A model generated the notes under the pieces. The model was not told the origin of the DNA. It saw only the letters and a program-made list of their open reading frames with translations, and ran no database searches. Shown here one piece after another: positions 1 through 9,939 of a stretch of DNA of 64,000 nt (its first letter is position 1; every line of letters begins with the position of its first letter). The position numbers and the translations under genes were made by a program. The stretch comes from an uncultured Gemmatimonadales bacterium (GTDB taxonomy: Bacteria > Gemmatimonadota > Gemmatimonadetes > Longimicrobiales > RSA9), in contig OY970192.1 in the NCBI GenBank assembly GCA_963708135.1, positions 576,001-640,000 on the forward strand, read 5' to 3'.

Positions 1-1111
1 GGTCGTAGCGGGCTCGATCCGTGGTCACGAAGCGCAGCCCGTTCACGGCGACGCCGGCGTACTTGCCGTCCGCGGGGTGCTCCGGCGTGAACCGCACCGC
101 GTCGAAGCGGACGCCCGGCAGTTCCCGCGCGTTGAGCCGGGCCGCGACGGCCGCCGCATCGAGCCAGGGCGCGCCCACCTGCTGGAAGGCCAGCGGCGTG
201 CCGCGTCCGACGGACAGGTTCGTCCCCTCGAAGAGGCACGTGCCCGGATAGTCGATCGCGCTCTCCAGCGAGGGCATGTTCGGGGAGGGGGCGGTCCAGG
301 GCAGCCCCGTCTCGTCGAAGTAGAGCCCCCGCTGCCACCCCGCCATCGGCACGACCGTGAGCTTCGCGCCGATGCGGAACGAGCCGTTCAGCATGCGGGC
401 GAGCTCCCCGGCGGTCATGCCGTAGCGCATCGGCACCGGGTAGAGCCCCACGAACGTGGCGAACGTCGTATCCAGCACGTTGCCCTGCACGGCCGCGCCG
501 CCGAGCGGGTCCGGCCGGTCCAGCACGATGAACTCCAGCCCGTGGCGCGCGGCCGCCTTCATCGCCAGCGCCATTGTCCAGGCGTACGTGTAGTAGCGCG
601 TGCCCACGTCCTGGATATCGTAGACGAGGGCGTCCAGCCCGGCCAGCATCGAGTCCGTGGGCGCCTCCGTCTCACCGTAGAGCGAGTAGATCGGCAGGCC
701 CGTGCGGGCGTCCCGCCCGCCCGTCACTTTCTCACCCGGCCTCGCCGTGCCGCGGATGCCGTGCTCCGGCCCGAAGAGCGCCGTCAGCTCGAAGCCGGGC
801 CGCTCGTGCAGCACGTCGATCGTGCTCTCTCCCGTGGCCGTCCGGCCCGTGTGGTTGGTGATCAGCCCGAGCCTGCGGCCGCGCAGGAGCGTGTCGAGCT
901 CGCCCGCGGCCACCCGATCCACGCCCAGCCGTACCGTCGCTTCGGAGCGCGGCGGCGGCGGACCGTGCACGGGCGCCGCGCCCGCCCCTCCGCCCGCCGG
1001 GGACGCCGGCGTCCCGGCTCCGCCGCCCGTGCTCGCGCATGCGGCCACGAGGGCCGGCAGCAGCACCGCCGCGCGTTGCGCAACTCCCTTGCTCCGTCTA
1101 CGTTTGGCCAT
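1..1111 (-). CDS. namZ: exo-beta-N-acetylmuramidase NamZ / DUF1343 family lipoprotein (3'-truncated at window edge)
   Basis: Missing from the ORF track because it runs off the edge. Manual minus-strand translation from ATG 1111 gives MAKRRRSKG..LVAAC (lipoprotein-like signal), then VRLGVDR..LGLITNHTG and ALFGPEHGIRG, typical DUF1343 motifs. Confidence 0.85.
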   Translation of the reverse strand, partial: MAKRRRSKGVAQRAAVLLPALVAACASTGGGAGTPASPAGGGAGAAPVHGPPPPRSEATVRLGVDRVAAGELDTLLRGRRLGLITNHTGRTATGESTIDVLHERPGFELTALFGPEHGIRGTARPGEKVTGGRDARTGLPIYSLYGETEAPTDSMLAGLDALVYDIQDVGTRYYTYAWTMALAMKAAARHGLEFIVLDRPDPLGGAAVQGNVLDTTFATFVGLYPVPMRYGMTAGELARMLNGSFRIGAKLTVVPMAGWQRGLYFDETGLPWTAPSPNMPSLESAIDYPGTCLFEGTNLSVGRGTPLAFQQVGAPWLDAAAVAARLNARELPGVRFDAVRFTPEHPADGKYAGVAVNGLRFVTTDRARYD

Positions 1112-1180
1112 TCCAGAAACTCCGATCAGTGCACCGTGCGCAGCGCCGTCCGCGGACCCGCCGCGCGGCCGGAAACGAGT

Positions 1181-3121
1181 ATGCCGAAACTTCAGAATCG
1201 CCCGGCGGCGAGGTTGGCCGCCGCCCTTCTCGCCGCCGCGCTGCTTGCCGGCTGCGCGGCTGCCGCAGGCCCCTCCGGCGCTCCGGCGCCGGGCGCCGGC
1301 CGCGCGGCCACGGCCGCCCCGGCGCCGCCCCCGCCCGTGGGCCCGAACGGCGCCCGTCCCGACCGCCGCTGGGTCGAGCGCACGCTCTCGCATCTGACGC
1401 TCGAGCAGAAGATCGGACAGATGGTCGTGCCCTGGCTCGACGGTGCCTACATGCCGCTGGACGGTCCCGCCTACCAGCGACTGCGGCACCTCGTCGTGGA
1501 CGACGGCGTGGGCGGCCTCGTCATGTCCATCGGCGCTCCCCTCGAGGTGGCGCAGAAGCTCAACGAGCTCCAGCGCCTCGCCGCCGTGCCGCTGCTCGTG
1601 GCGTCGGACGTCGAGCACGGAGCCGGGATGCGGCTCAAGGCGGGCGTCGCGCTGCCGTACGGGATCGATCTCGGCGGCGCCACCGAGTTCCCGCCGCTCA
1701 TGGCGTTCGGCGCCGCCGGTGACCCTCGGCTCGCCTACGAGCTCGGCCGGATCACCGCGCTCGAGTCCCGCGCCGCCGGGATCCAGATGGCCTATGCCCC
1801 CGATGTGGACGTCAATAATAACCCGGCCAACCCGATCATCAACGTGCGCAGCTTCGGCGGCGATCCGGGCATCGTCGAGGCCATGGCCACCGCCGACATC
1901 CGCGGCATGCAGGACAACGGGCTGCTCGCCACGGCCAAGCACTTCCCGGGGCACGGCGACACCGGCACCGACTCGCACCTGGCGCTGCCGATCCTGAACG
2001 TGTCGCAGGCGCGGCTCGATTCCGTCGAGTTGCCGCCCTTCCGCGCCGCCGTGCGCGCGGGCGTCTCGGCGGTGATGAGCGCGCACATCGCCTTCCCCGC
2101 GCTCACCGGCGACACGGTGCCCTCCACGCTCAGCCCGCGCCTGCTCACCGGGCTGCTCCGCGACACGCTCGGATTCCGCGGGCTCGTGGTCACCGACGCG
2201 CTTGACATGGGCGGAATCGTGCGGAAATACGGCCCGGCCGACGCCGCCGTCCTTGCCGTCCAGGCGGGGGCCGACGTCCTGCTCATGCCGCCCGACGTGC
2301 CGGCCGCGATCGCCGCGGTGGCGGCCGCCGTCCGGGACGGCCGCATCCCGGAGGCCAGGATCGATGCCTCCGTCCGCAAGCTGCTCGACCTCAAGAGCCA
2401 GGTCGGGCTCGACCGCCGCCGCGCGGTGGACCTCTCCATGATCCCGCGCGTCGTCGGCATCCCGGCCCACCAGGCGGTGGCCGAGCAGGTCGCGCGCCGC
2501 GCGCTCACCGTCGGCCGCGACCGCGACCACCTGCTCCCCGTGGACCCCCGCCGCGTCGATCGCATCCTCAGCATCGTTTACAGCGACGACGCCGATCCCC
2601 TCGATGGGCGCGCCCTCCAGAAGGCGCTCGGCGCGCGCTACCGTGCCGTCGCCACGGCGTTCCTCGACCGACGCGCCGGGGAGCCCCAGCTCGACTCGCT
2701 GCTCGCCGCCGCCGACAGCGCCGACGTGGTCTTCTTCTCGCCCTTCGTGCGCGTCCTCGCGCGCAAGGGCGGCGTGGCCATCGCGCCCCGCGTCGTCGCC
2801 TTCGCGCGGGCGCTCGCCGCCCGCCGGCCCACCGTCGTGACCTCGTTCGGAAACCCCTACCTGCTCTCGGAGCTCCCGGACGTCTCGACCTACGTGCTCG
2901 CCTGGGGACCCGAGGACGTGATGCAGCAGGCCGCGGCGGCGGGGCTGGCCGGGGAGCAGCCGATCACCGGCTCGCTGCCCATCCGCATCCCGCCCGACCT
3001 GCCGCTCGGCAGCGGCGTGCGCATTGACGCGCTGCCGCGCACGGGCGCGGCCGCTCCGCCGCGGAGCGGCCACGCGCGGCGCCGCGGTGCCGGGCGCGCG
3101 GCCGCGGGGGCGCTCCGATGA
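1181..3121 (+). CDS. GH3 beta-N-acetylhexosaminidase (NagZ-like) lipoprotein
   Basis: LEQKIGQM, ASDVEHG, NPIINVRSFG, KHFPGHGDTGTDSH (NagZ KH-F-PGHG-x4-DSH motif) and VVTDALDM; lipobox LAGC. Start set at ATG 1181. Confidence 0.9.
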   Translation: MPKLQNRPAARLAAALLAAALLAGCAAAAGPSGAPAPGAGRAATAAPAPPPPVGPNGARPDRRWVERTLSHLTLEQKIGQMVVPWLDGAYMPLDGPAYQRLRHLVVDDGVGGLVMSIGAPLEVAQKLNELQRLAAVPLLVASDVEHGAGMRLKAGVALPYGIDLGGATEFPPLMAFGAAGDPRLAYELGRITALESRAAGIQMAYAPDVDVNNNPANPIINVRSFGGDPGIVEAMATADIRGMQDNGLLATAKHFPGHGDTGTDSHLALPILNVSQARLDSVELPPFRAAVRAGVSAVMSAHIAFPALTGDTVPSTLSPRLLTGLLRDTLGFRGLVVTDALDMGGIVRKYGPADAAVLAVQAGADVLLMPPDVPAAIAAVAAAVRDGRIPEARIDASVRKLLDLKSQVGLDRRRAVDLSMIPRVVGIPAHQAVAEQVARRALTVGRDRDHLLPVDPRRVDRILSIVYSDDADPLDGRALQKALGARYRAVATAFLDRRAGEPQLDSLLAAADSADVVFFSPFVRVLARKGGVAIAPRVVAFARALAARRPTVVTSFGNPYLLSELPDVSTYVLAWGPEDVMQQAAAAGLAGEQPITGSLPIRIPPDLPLGSGVRIDALPRTGAAAPPRSGHARRRGAGRAAAGALR

Positions 3122-6100
3122 GAGCTCCCGCGCGCACCGCCCCGCTGGCGGCCGCCTGCCTCCTCGCCCTGGCGGCGTGCGGGCCGCCGGCCGGCCCCGC
3201 GCCGTCCGCGCCCGCGCCCTCCGGCGACGCGCAGGCGCGGTGGGTGCAGAGTACGCTGGGCGCCATGACGCTCGACGAGAAGGTGGGGCAGATGCTCGTC
3301 GCCCGGGTCTGGGGCGACTTCAGGAACGTGGGCGACCCCGCGCTCGCTTCCGTGCTGCACGACGTCCGCGACCTGCACGTGGGCGGGGTGACGATCAGCG
3401 TTGGCTCGCCGCCCGAGATCGCCGGCAAGGCCGCGGCGCTCCAGCGGGCCGCGAAGGTGCCGCTCCTCATCTCGGCCGACCTCGAATACGGCCCCGGGAT
3501 GCGGCTCTGGCGCCCCGTCTACCCGCCCTACATGACCGAGGGTGGCGGCGGCACCGTGCTCCCCTACAACATGGGACTCGCCGCCACGGGCGATCCGGCC
3601 CTCGCGGAGAAGGCCGGCCGGCTGACCGCCGAGGAGGCGCGCGCCGTCGGCATCAACTGGATCTTCGCGCCGGACGTGGACGTGAACACGAACCCGGCCA
3701 ACCCGGTCATCAACGTGCGCAGCTACGGCGCGGACCCGCACGAGGTCTCCCGCTTCGCGGAGGCGTTCATCCGCGGCGTGCGCGCGGGCGGCGCGCTGAC
3801 CACGGCCAAGCATTTCCCAGGGCACGGCGACACGGGCATCGATTCGCACCTCTCGCTTCCCGTGCTGCCCTTCGACGCGGCCCGGCTGGACAGCGTCGAG
3901 CTCGTGCCGTTCCGCGCCGCCATCGCGGCCGGCGTGGATGCGGTGATGCTCGGTCACCTGGCCGTGCCCGCGCTCACCGGAGGCGACGTCGTCCCCGCCA
4001 CCCTCTCGCCCGCCATCGCGACCGGACTGCTCCGCGACAGCCTCGGCTTCAAGGGGATCGTCGTCACGGATGCGATGACCATGGGCGCGCTGCGGAACCT
4101 GCCCGGATGGTCGCCCGGCGGCATCGCCGTGCGCGCCGTCGAGGCGGGCGCCGACGTGGTGCTCTCCCCCCCCGACGTGGACGCCGCGCACGCGGCGCTC
4201 CTGCAGGCGGTGCGCAGCGGGCGCATCCCGGAGGCCCGCATCGATGCCTCGGTGCGCAGGATCCTCGCCGCCAAGGCGCGCCTCGGGCTGGAGCGCCGCC
4301 CCGCGCCCGACCTCGACTCCGTCGTCGATCGCGTGGCGAGCCCGGCCCACGACTCGCTCGCCGCCGCGCTGGCCCGCCGCTCGATCGTGCTGGTCCGGGA
4401 CTCGGCGCGGCTCGTGCCGCTGGAGGCGCGCCACGCGCGCTCGGTGGCCGCCGTCGCCTACGGCTCCGCCAACGACTTCAACACCGGCCGCGCACTGGCC
4501 GACGCGCTGCGCCGCATCTACGGCCGCTCGGACTGGCTGAAGGCGTCCGCCGCCACCACGCCCGCCGAGGCCGACAGCATCGCGGCGCGCGCGGACAGCG
4601 CGGACGCCGTCGTGCTCGGCCTCTTCCTCGGGCCGGTCTCGGGGAAGGGCACGATCTCGCTGCCGGAGCCCGCGCGGCGCCTGGCCGAGCGGCTGGCGGG
4701 GACCGGCAAGTCGCTCATCGTCGTCTCGTTCGGCGACCCGTACGGCGCGGCCAACCTGCCGCAGGCCTCCACCTACCTGCTGGCCTGGCAGCCGGACGGC
4801 CGCTGGGCACAGGAGGCCGCGGCCCGCGCCATTGCCGGGCGGGATGCCATCACCGGACGGCTGCCGATTCCTCTGGCCGGCCTGCCGATCGGCGGCGGGC
4901 TCCGGCGCGCCCCGCTCGCGGACACGCTGGTCTCGGCGGCGCCCGCGGCGGTCGGTATGGATCCGGGGGTGGTGGCGCGGGTGGACTCGATCATCCGCGC
5001 CGGCATCGCGGACGGCGCGGCGCCCGGCGTGGCCGTGGCGATCGGCCGGCACGGAAACCTCGTCGAGCTGCGCGGCTTCGGCCGCATCGACTGGGCGCCC
5101 GGCTCGCCCGCCGTGACCGACTCGACGCTCTACGACCTGGCCTCGCTCTCCAAGGTGATCGGCACGACCACGGCGGTGATGCAGCTCGTCCAGGGCGGTG
5201 AGCTCGACCTCGACGCGCCCGTCGCCCGCTACCTGCCCGAGTGGACCGGCTCGCCCGAGAAGATGGCCGTGACGGTGCGCCAGCTCATGCTGCACGAGGC
5301 CGGCTTCCCGCCCTTCGAGCCGCTCTGGCGCACGCTGCGCGGCCGCGAGCAGTACCTGCACGCCATCGCCACGATGCCGCTCCAGTACACGCCCGGAACG
5401 AAGAGCGTCTACAGCGACTTCAGCATGATCACCATGCAGTTCATCATCGAGCGCATCACGGGCGTGCCGCTCGATGTCTACCTGCGCGAGCACGTCTTCG
5501 CGCCGCTCCGGATGCGCGACACCCGCTACAACCCGGTGGCGGCGGGCCCCGTGCCGCCGGGGAAGGACTGCACGGCGGTGGCGGACATGGAGTCGCCGCT
5601 GCTCGGCCGCATCGCCTACGAGGAGGTGGACACCGTCTATCGCCACATCCACGTCCATGGCGTCGTGCACGACGAGAACGCGTGCGCGCTGGGCGGCGTG
5701 GCCGGTCATGCCGGCCTCTTTTCCTCCGCCCGCGACCTGGCGAAGTTCGCGCAGATGATGCTCGACGGCGGCCGCTACGGCAATGTCAGGATCCTCGATC
5801 CCGAGACGATCGCGCGCTTCACCACGCGCAAGGTGGAGTTTTCCAGCCGCGCGCTCGGCTGGGACACGCCGGCCGGCGTCTCCTCCGCCGGCGACTACCT
5901 GAGCGAGCGCTCCTTCGGCCACACCGGCTTCACCGGCACGAGCATCTCGGATGGACCCCGTGCACGATCTCTTCATCGTGCTCCTCACCAACCGCGTCGA
6001 CCCCACCCGCGCCAACGAGAAGCACCTGGCGCTCCGCCGCGCCGTCGCGGACGCCGTGGCGCTGTCCATCACCGACCAGAAGGTGGAGAAGCGCGCGAAC

Positions 6101-6124
6101 GCGGAGGACCATGCAACTCGCTGA
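3118..6124 (+). CDS. GH3 beta-N-acetylhexosaminidase fused to a beta-lactamase-family serine hydrolase (AmiE-like); apparent +1 frameshift at ~5948
   Basis: GH3 motif KHFPGHGDTGIDSH; serine-hydrolase motifs LASLSK (SxxK), YSDF and FGHTGFTGTS. Removing C5948 restores WMDPVHDLFIVLLTNRV and a TGA at 6122-6124. Confidence 0.85.
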
Positions 6125-7913
6125 CTGGCTGATCATCGCGGCGTACTTCGTAATCTCGGCCGCCGTCGGCCTCGCCTACGCGCGCCGCGCCGGAAAGAAC
6201 GTCACCGAGTTCTTCGGCGCCGGCCGCTCACTGCCCTGGTGGCTCGCCGGGACCTCCATGGTGGCGACGACCTTCGCCGCCGACACGCCGCTCGCCATCG
6301 CCGGCATGGTCGCGGCCAACGGCGTCGCCGGGAACTGGCTCTGGTGGAGCATGGTCATGAGCGGGATCCTGACCGTGTTCTTCTACGCCCACCTGTGGCG
6401 CCGCGCCGAGGTGCTGACCGACGCCGAGTTCGCCGAGATCCGCTACGCCGGCGGCCCCGCCGCCGTGCTGAGAGTGTTCCGCGCCCTCTACAGCGCCTTT
6501 CCCATCAACCTCATCATCATGGGCTGGGTCAACCTGGCCATGCTGAAGATCCTGGGCGTGGTGCTCGGGGTGAACCCGCTCGTCGCGTTCGGTTTCATGT
6601 TCCTCGTGACCATGTCCTACTCCGTCCTCTCCGGCCTCTGGGGCGTGGTCGTCACAGACTTCATCCAGTTCGGCATCGCCATGGGCGGCTCCATCGTGCT
6701 GGCCGTCTACGCCGTGCGGGCGGCCGGCGGCATCGACGGGCTCGTGGCGCAGCTGCCCCGGCACTACGGCTCCGCCGACGCCGCGCTCGCGCTACTGCCG
6801 TCCTCCGGCGCCACCTGGATGCCGCTCACCGCCTTCCTGGCCTACCTCGCCGTGCAGTGGTGGGCCACCTCCTACCCCGGCGCCGAGCCCGGCGGCGGCG
6901 GCTATATCGCGCAGCGCATCTTCAGCGCCCGCACCGAGCGGGATGGCGTGCTGGCCACGCTCTGGTTCAACGTGGCCCAGTACGCCGTGCGGCCGTGGCC
7001 ATGGATCCTGACCGCGCTGGCGGTGGTCGTGATCTACCCCGGCATCAACGACCCCGCCACGGCGTATCTTACGGCCGTGGTGCGGCTGCTGCCGACAGGC
7101 CTCAAGGGGCTGCTCGTGGCCGCGTTTGCCGCAGCCTACATGTCAACCATCGCCACGCAGCTCAACTGGGGCGCCTCCTACCTCATCAACGACATCTATC
7201 TGCGCTACCTCCGGCCGGACGCGCCCGAGCGACGCGTGATCTGGATCTCGCGCGCGGCCACCGCGTTCATGTTCCTCTGCTCCTCGGGCGTGACCTACTG
7301 GCTCTACGTAGCGGGCTCCATCGAGGGGGCGTGGCGGATCATCATCGCGCTCGGGGCCGGCACGGGCCTGGTCATGATCCTGCGCTGGTACTGGTGGCGG
7401 ATCAACGCGTGGTCGGAGATCAGCGCCATGGCGGCCGCGCTCATCGCCTTCACCGTTCTCTCCGCGGGCGGCGTGTTTGATCCCACGGACGCGCTCCAGG
7501 GCACCTATCTGATGCTCGTCACGACCGTGATCACCACCATCGTGTGGCTCGTCGTGACCTACATGACGGCGCCCACGCCGCGCGAGAAGCTGGAGGCGTT
7601 CTATCGCCGCGTGCGCCCCGGCGGCCGCGGCTGGCGCAGGATTCAGGACGGGCTCGGCTACCCGCACGAGCCGGTCGCCGGCGGCGCGCTCTCCTGGACC
7701 AACTGGGTGGCCGGCGTCGTGAGCGTCTACGCCTCGCTTTTCGGCGTGGGCAAGCTCATCTTCGGCCCGCGCTGGGAGGCCGTCCTCTTCCTGGCCATCG
7801 CCGCGGCCGCGTTCGCCTGGATCGCCGTGGCGCTGAAGCGCACTCAGCCGTGGCACCTCGAGCCCCTGCCGGCAGCGAAGTTGCAGCGGGCCGAAGCCGA
7901 GCAGCCGACCTGA
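6111..7913 (+). CDS. sodium:solute symporter (SSS) family protein
   Basis: MQLADWLIIAAYF start with GGAGG upstream; GRSLPWWLAGTSMVATTFAADTPL; GLWGVVVTDFIQF; many TM helices. Confidence 0.9.
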   Translation: MQLADWLIIAAYFVISAAVGLAYARRAGKNVTEFFGAGRSLPWWLAGTSMVATTFAADTPLAIAGMVAANGVAGNWLWWSMVMSGILTVFFYAHLWRRAEVLTDAEFAEIRYAGGPAAVLRVFRALYSAFPINLIIMGWVNLAMLKILGVVLGVNPLVAFGFMFLVTMSYSVLSGLWGVVVTDFIQFGIAMGGSIVLAVYAVRAAGGIDGLVAQLPRHYGSADAALALLPSSGATWMPLTAFLAYLAVQWWATSYPGAEPGGGGYIAQRIFSARTERDGVLATLWFNVAQYAVRPWPWILTALAVVVIYPGINDPATAYLTAVVRLLPTGLKGLLVAAFAAAYMSTIATQLNWGASYLINDIYLRYLRPDAPERRVIWISRAATAFMFLCSSGVTYWLYVAGSIEGAWRIIIALGAGTGLVMILRWYWWRINAWSEISAMAAALIAFTVLSAGGVFDPTDALQGTYLMLVTTVITTIVWLVVTYMTAPTPREKLEAFYRRVRPGGRGWRRIQDGLGYPHEPVAGGALSWTNWVAGVVSVYASLFGVGKLIFGPRWEAVLFLAIAAAAFAWIAVALKRTQPWHLEPLPAAKLQRAEAEQPT

Positions 7914-7932
7914 ACCAGGCGAGCGACGGAAG

Positions 7933-9930
7933 ATGCCCGACAGCGTGAGCCCAGCCGACCATACCGCCGCGATGGAGCGCCAGCACGAGCGCGTGCGCGT
8001 CGTCATCGCGAACGAGTACGACGAGATCGCGCGCCGCGTCGCGCGCCGCATGGCGGAGATCATCCGCGAGCGCGCCGCCGCCCGCCGCCCGGCCGTCTTC
8101 GGGCTGGCCACCGGCTCGACCCCGATCGGCATCTACCGCGAGCTGATCCGGATGCACCGCGAGGAGGGGCTCGACTTCGACGGTGTGGTGACCTTCAACC
8201 TCGATGAGTACTACCCGATGGACCCGGCGAGCATCCACAGCTACCACCGGTTCATGTGGGAGAACCTCTTCGATCACATCGACATCCCGAAGGAGAACGT
8301 CCACATCCCGCGCGGCGACCTGCCCCGCGCCGACGTCGAGCACCACTGCGCCGCCTACGAGGCGGCGATCCGGCGGGCGGGCGGCATCGACTTTCAGATC
8401 CTCGGCATCGGCAAGACCGGCCACATCGGCTTCAACGAGCCCGGCTCCGGCCGCGACTCGCGTACCCGGCTCGTCGCGCTCGACACCATTACCCGGCGCG
8501 ACGCCGCCTCCGACTTCTTCGGCGAGGAGAACGTGCCGACGGAGGCGATCACGATGGGCGTCGCCACCATCATGGACGCCCGCGAGATCGCCCTCATCGC
8601 CACGGGCGAGCACAAGGCGCCGATCGCGAGGCGGGCGGTCGAGGGCCCGCTCAGCCCCGACGTCGCCGCCACGTACCTGCAGGAGCACCCGGACGCCACC
8701 TTTTACCTCGATGCCGCCGCGGCGGCCGAGCTGACCCGCGTGAAGACTCCCTGGATCGTGGGTGAGATGGAGTGGACGCGCCCCGCCGAGATCCGCGCCG
8801 TCTGCTGGCTCAGCGAGATCACCGGCAAGTCCGTCCTCAAGCTGGACGACAACGACTACCGCGAGCACCACCTGAGCTCGCTCCTCGTCCGCTACGCCAG
8901 CGCCGGGCCGCTCAATGGCGACGTGTTCAACGCGCTGATCTCCAAGATCCGCGGGCGCAGCAAGCTCCCGGCCGAACGGCGCATCATCGTCTTTTCGCCC
9001 CACCCCGATGACGACGTCATCTCGATGGGCGGCATGCTCAACAAGCTGCACCAGAACGACAACGACATCGTCGTCGCCTACCAGACCTCCGGCAACATCG
9101 CCGTCTTCGACCACGAGGTGCGCCGCTATCTGGACTTCCTGCGCCGCATGGGCGGCGCCTTCGAGGCGTGTGGCGGCACCGACATGGACGCCCTCGTCGG
9201 CGAGGTCGAGCAGTTCCTCGCCACCAAGGAGCCCGGCCAGGTGGACAGCGAGCCCGTGCAGCGCATGAAGAAGATCATCCGCGAGGCCGAGGCCGTTTCC
9301 GCCATCGAGACCTTCGGGATGGGACGCGCGCAGGCCCGTTTCCTCAACCTGCCCTTCTACCAGACCGGCAAGGTGCGCAAGGACCCCGTCGGGCCGAGAG
9401 ATGTCGAGATCACCCTCGGCCTGCTCGAGGAGCACCGCCCCGAGATCATCTTCGTGGCCGGCGACCTCTCCGATCCGCACGGCACCCACCGCATGTGCCT
9501 CGAGGCCGTGCGCGGCGCGCTGGAGGACTACTCGGGCGAGGCGCCCGAGATCTGGTACTACCGGGGCGCGTGGCAGGAGTGGCCGGTCCACGACGCCGAC
9601 GTGCTCGTGCCGCTCTCCAAGGACGAGCTGCGGCTCAAGGTCTCGGCCATCTTCAAGCATCAGAGCCAGAAGGACCGCGCGCCGTTCCCCGGCCTCGACG
9701 ACCGCGAGTTCTGGCAGCGCGTCGAGGAGCGCAACAAGACCACCTCCGAGCTGGTGGACCACCTCGGCCTGCCCGAGTACTTCGCCATGGAGTCCTACGT
9801 CGTCCGCCGCGACGGCCGCCCGATCGTCACCGAGCACGTCCCCACGAGCGCCCTCGGCGCCGCCCCGACCCCCGTCCCCGGCGGCACCGAGCCCGGTGCT
9901 CCGGGCGGTCGCACGCCGCAGCCCCGCTGA
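7933..9930 (+). CDS. nagB: glucosamine-6-phosphate deaminase fused to a PIG-L-like deacetylase domain
   Basis: GLATGSTP, FNLDEYY and GHIGFNEPGS (NagB); SPHPDDDVISMGG and DPHGTH (PIG-L/LmbE). Confidence 0.92.
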   Translation: MPDSVSPADHTAAMERQHERVRVVIANEYDEIARRVARRMAEIIRERAAARRPAVFGLATGSTPIGIYRELIRMHREEGLDFDGVVTFNLDEYYPMDPASIHSYHRFMWENLFDHIDIPKENVHIPRGDLPRADVEHHCAAYEAAIRRAGGIDFQILGIGKTGHIGFNEPGSGRDSRTRLVALDTITRRDAASDFFGEENVPTEAITMGVATIMDAREIALIATGEHKAPIARRAVEGPLSPDVAATYLQEHPDATFYLDAAAAAELTRVKTPWIVGEMEWTRPAEIRAVCWLSEITGKSVLKLDDNDYREHHLSSLLVRYASAGPLNGDVFNALISKIRGRSKLPAERRIIVFSPHPDDDVISMGGMLNKLHQNDNDIVVAYQTSGNIAVFDHEVRRYLDFLRRMGGAFEACGGTDMDALVGEVEQFLATKEPGQVDSEPVQRMKKIIREAEAVSAIETFGMGRAQARFLNLPFYQTGKVRKDPVGPRDVEITLGLLEEHRPEIIFVAGDLSDPHGTHRMCLEAVRGALEDYSGEAPEIWYYRGAWQEWPVHDADVLVPLSKDELRLKVSAIFKHQSQKDRAPFPGLDDREFWQRVEERNKTTSELVDHLGLPEYFAMESYVVRRDGRPIVTEHVPTSALGAAPTPVPGGTEPGAPGGRTPQPR

Positions 9931-9939
9931 CGACGACGC

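Noticed and set aside
77..1180. 368-codon N-terminal extension of the first GH3 ORF
   Set aside because: Overlaps namZ on the opposite strand; the real signal peptide starts at ATG 1181. The same logic trims the ORFs at 24609-27545, 24825-27065, 39253-41337 and 55821-58193.
4920..6124. Beta-lactam resistance gene
   Set aside because: The SxxK domain is fused to GH3 in a peptidoglycan-recycling locus; an amidase/esterase role is more parsimonious.
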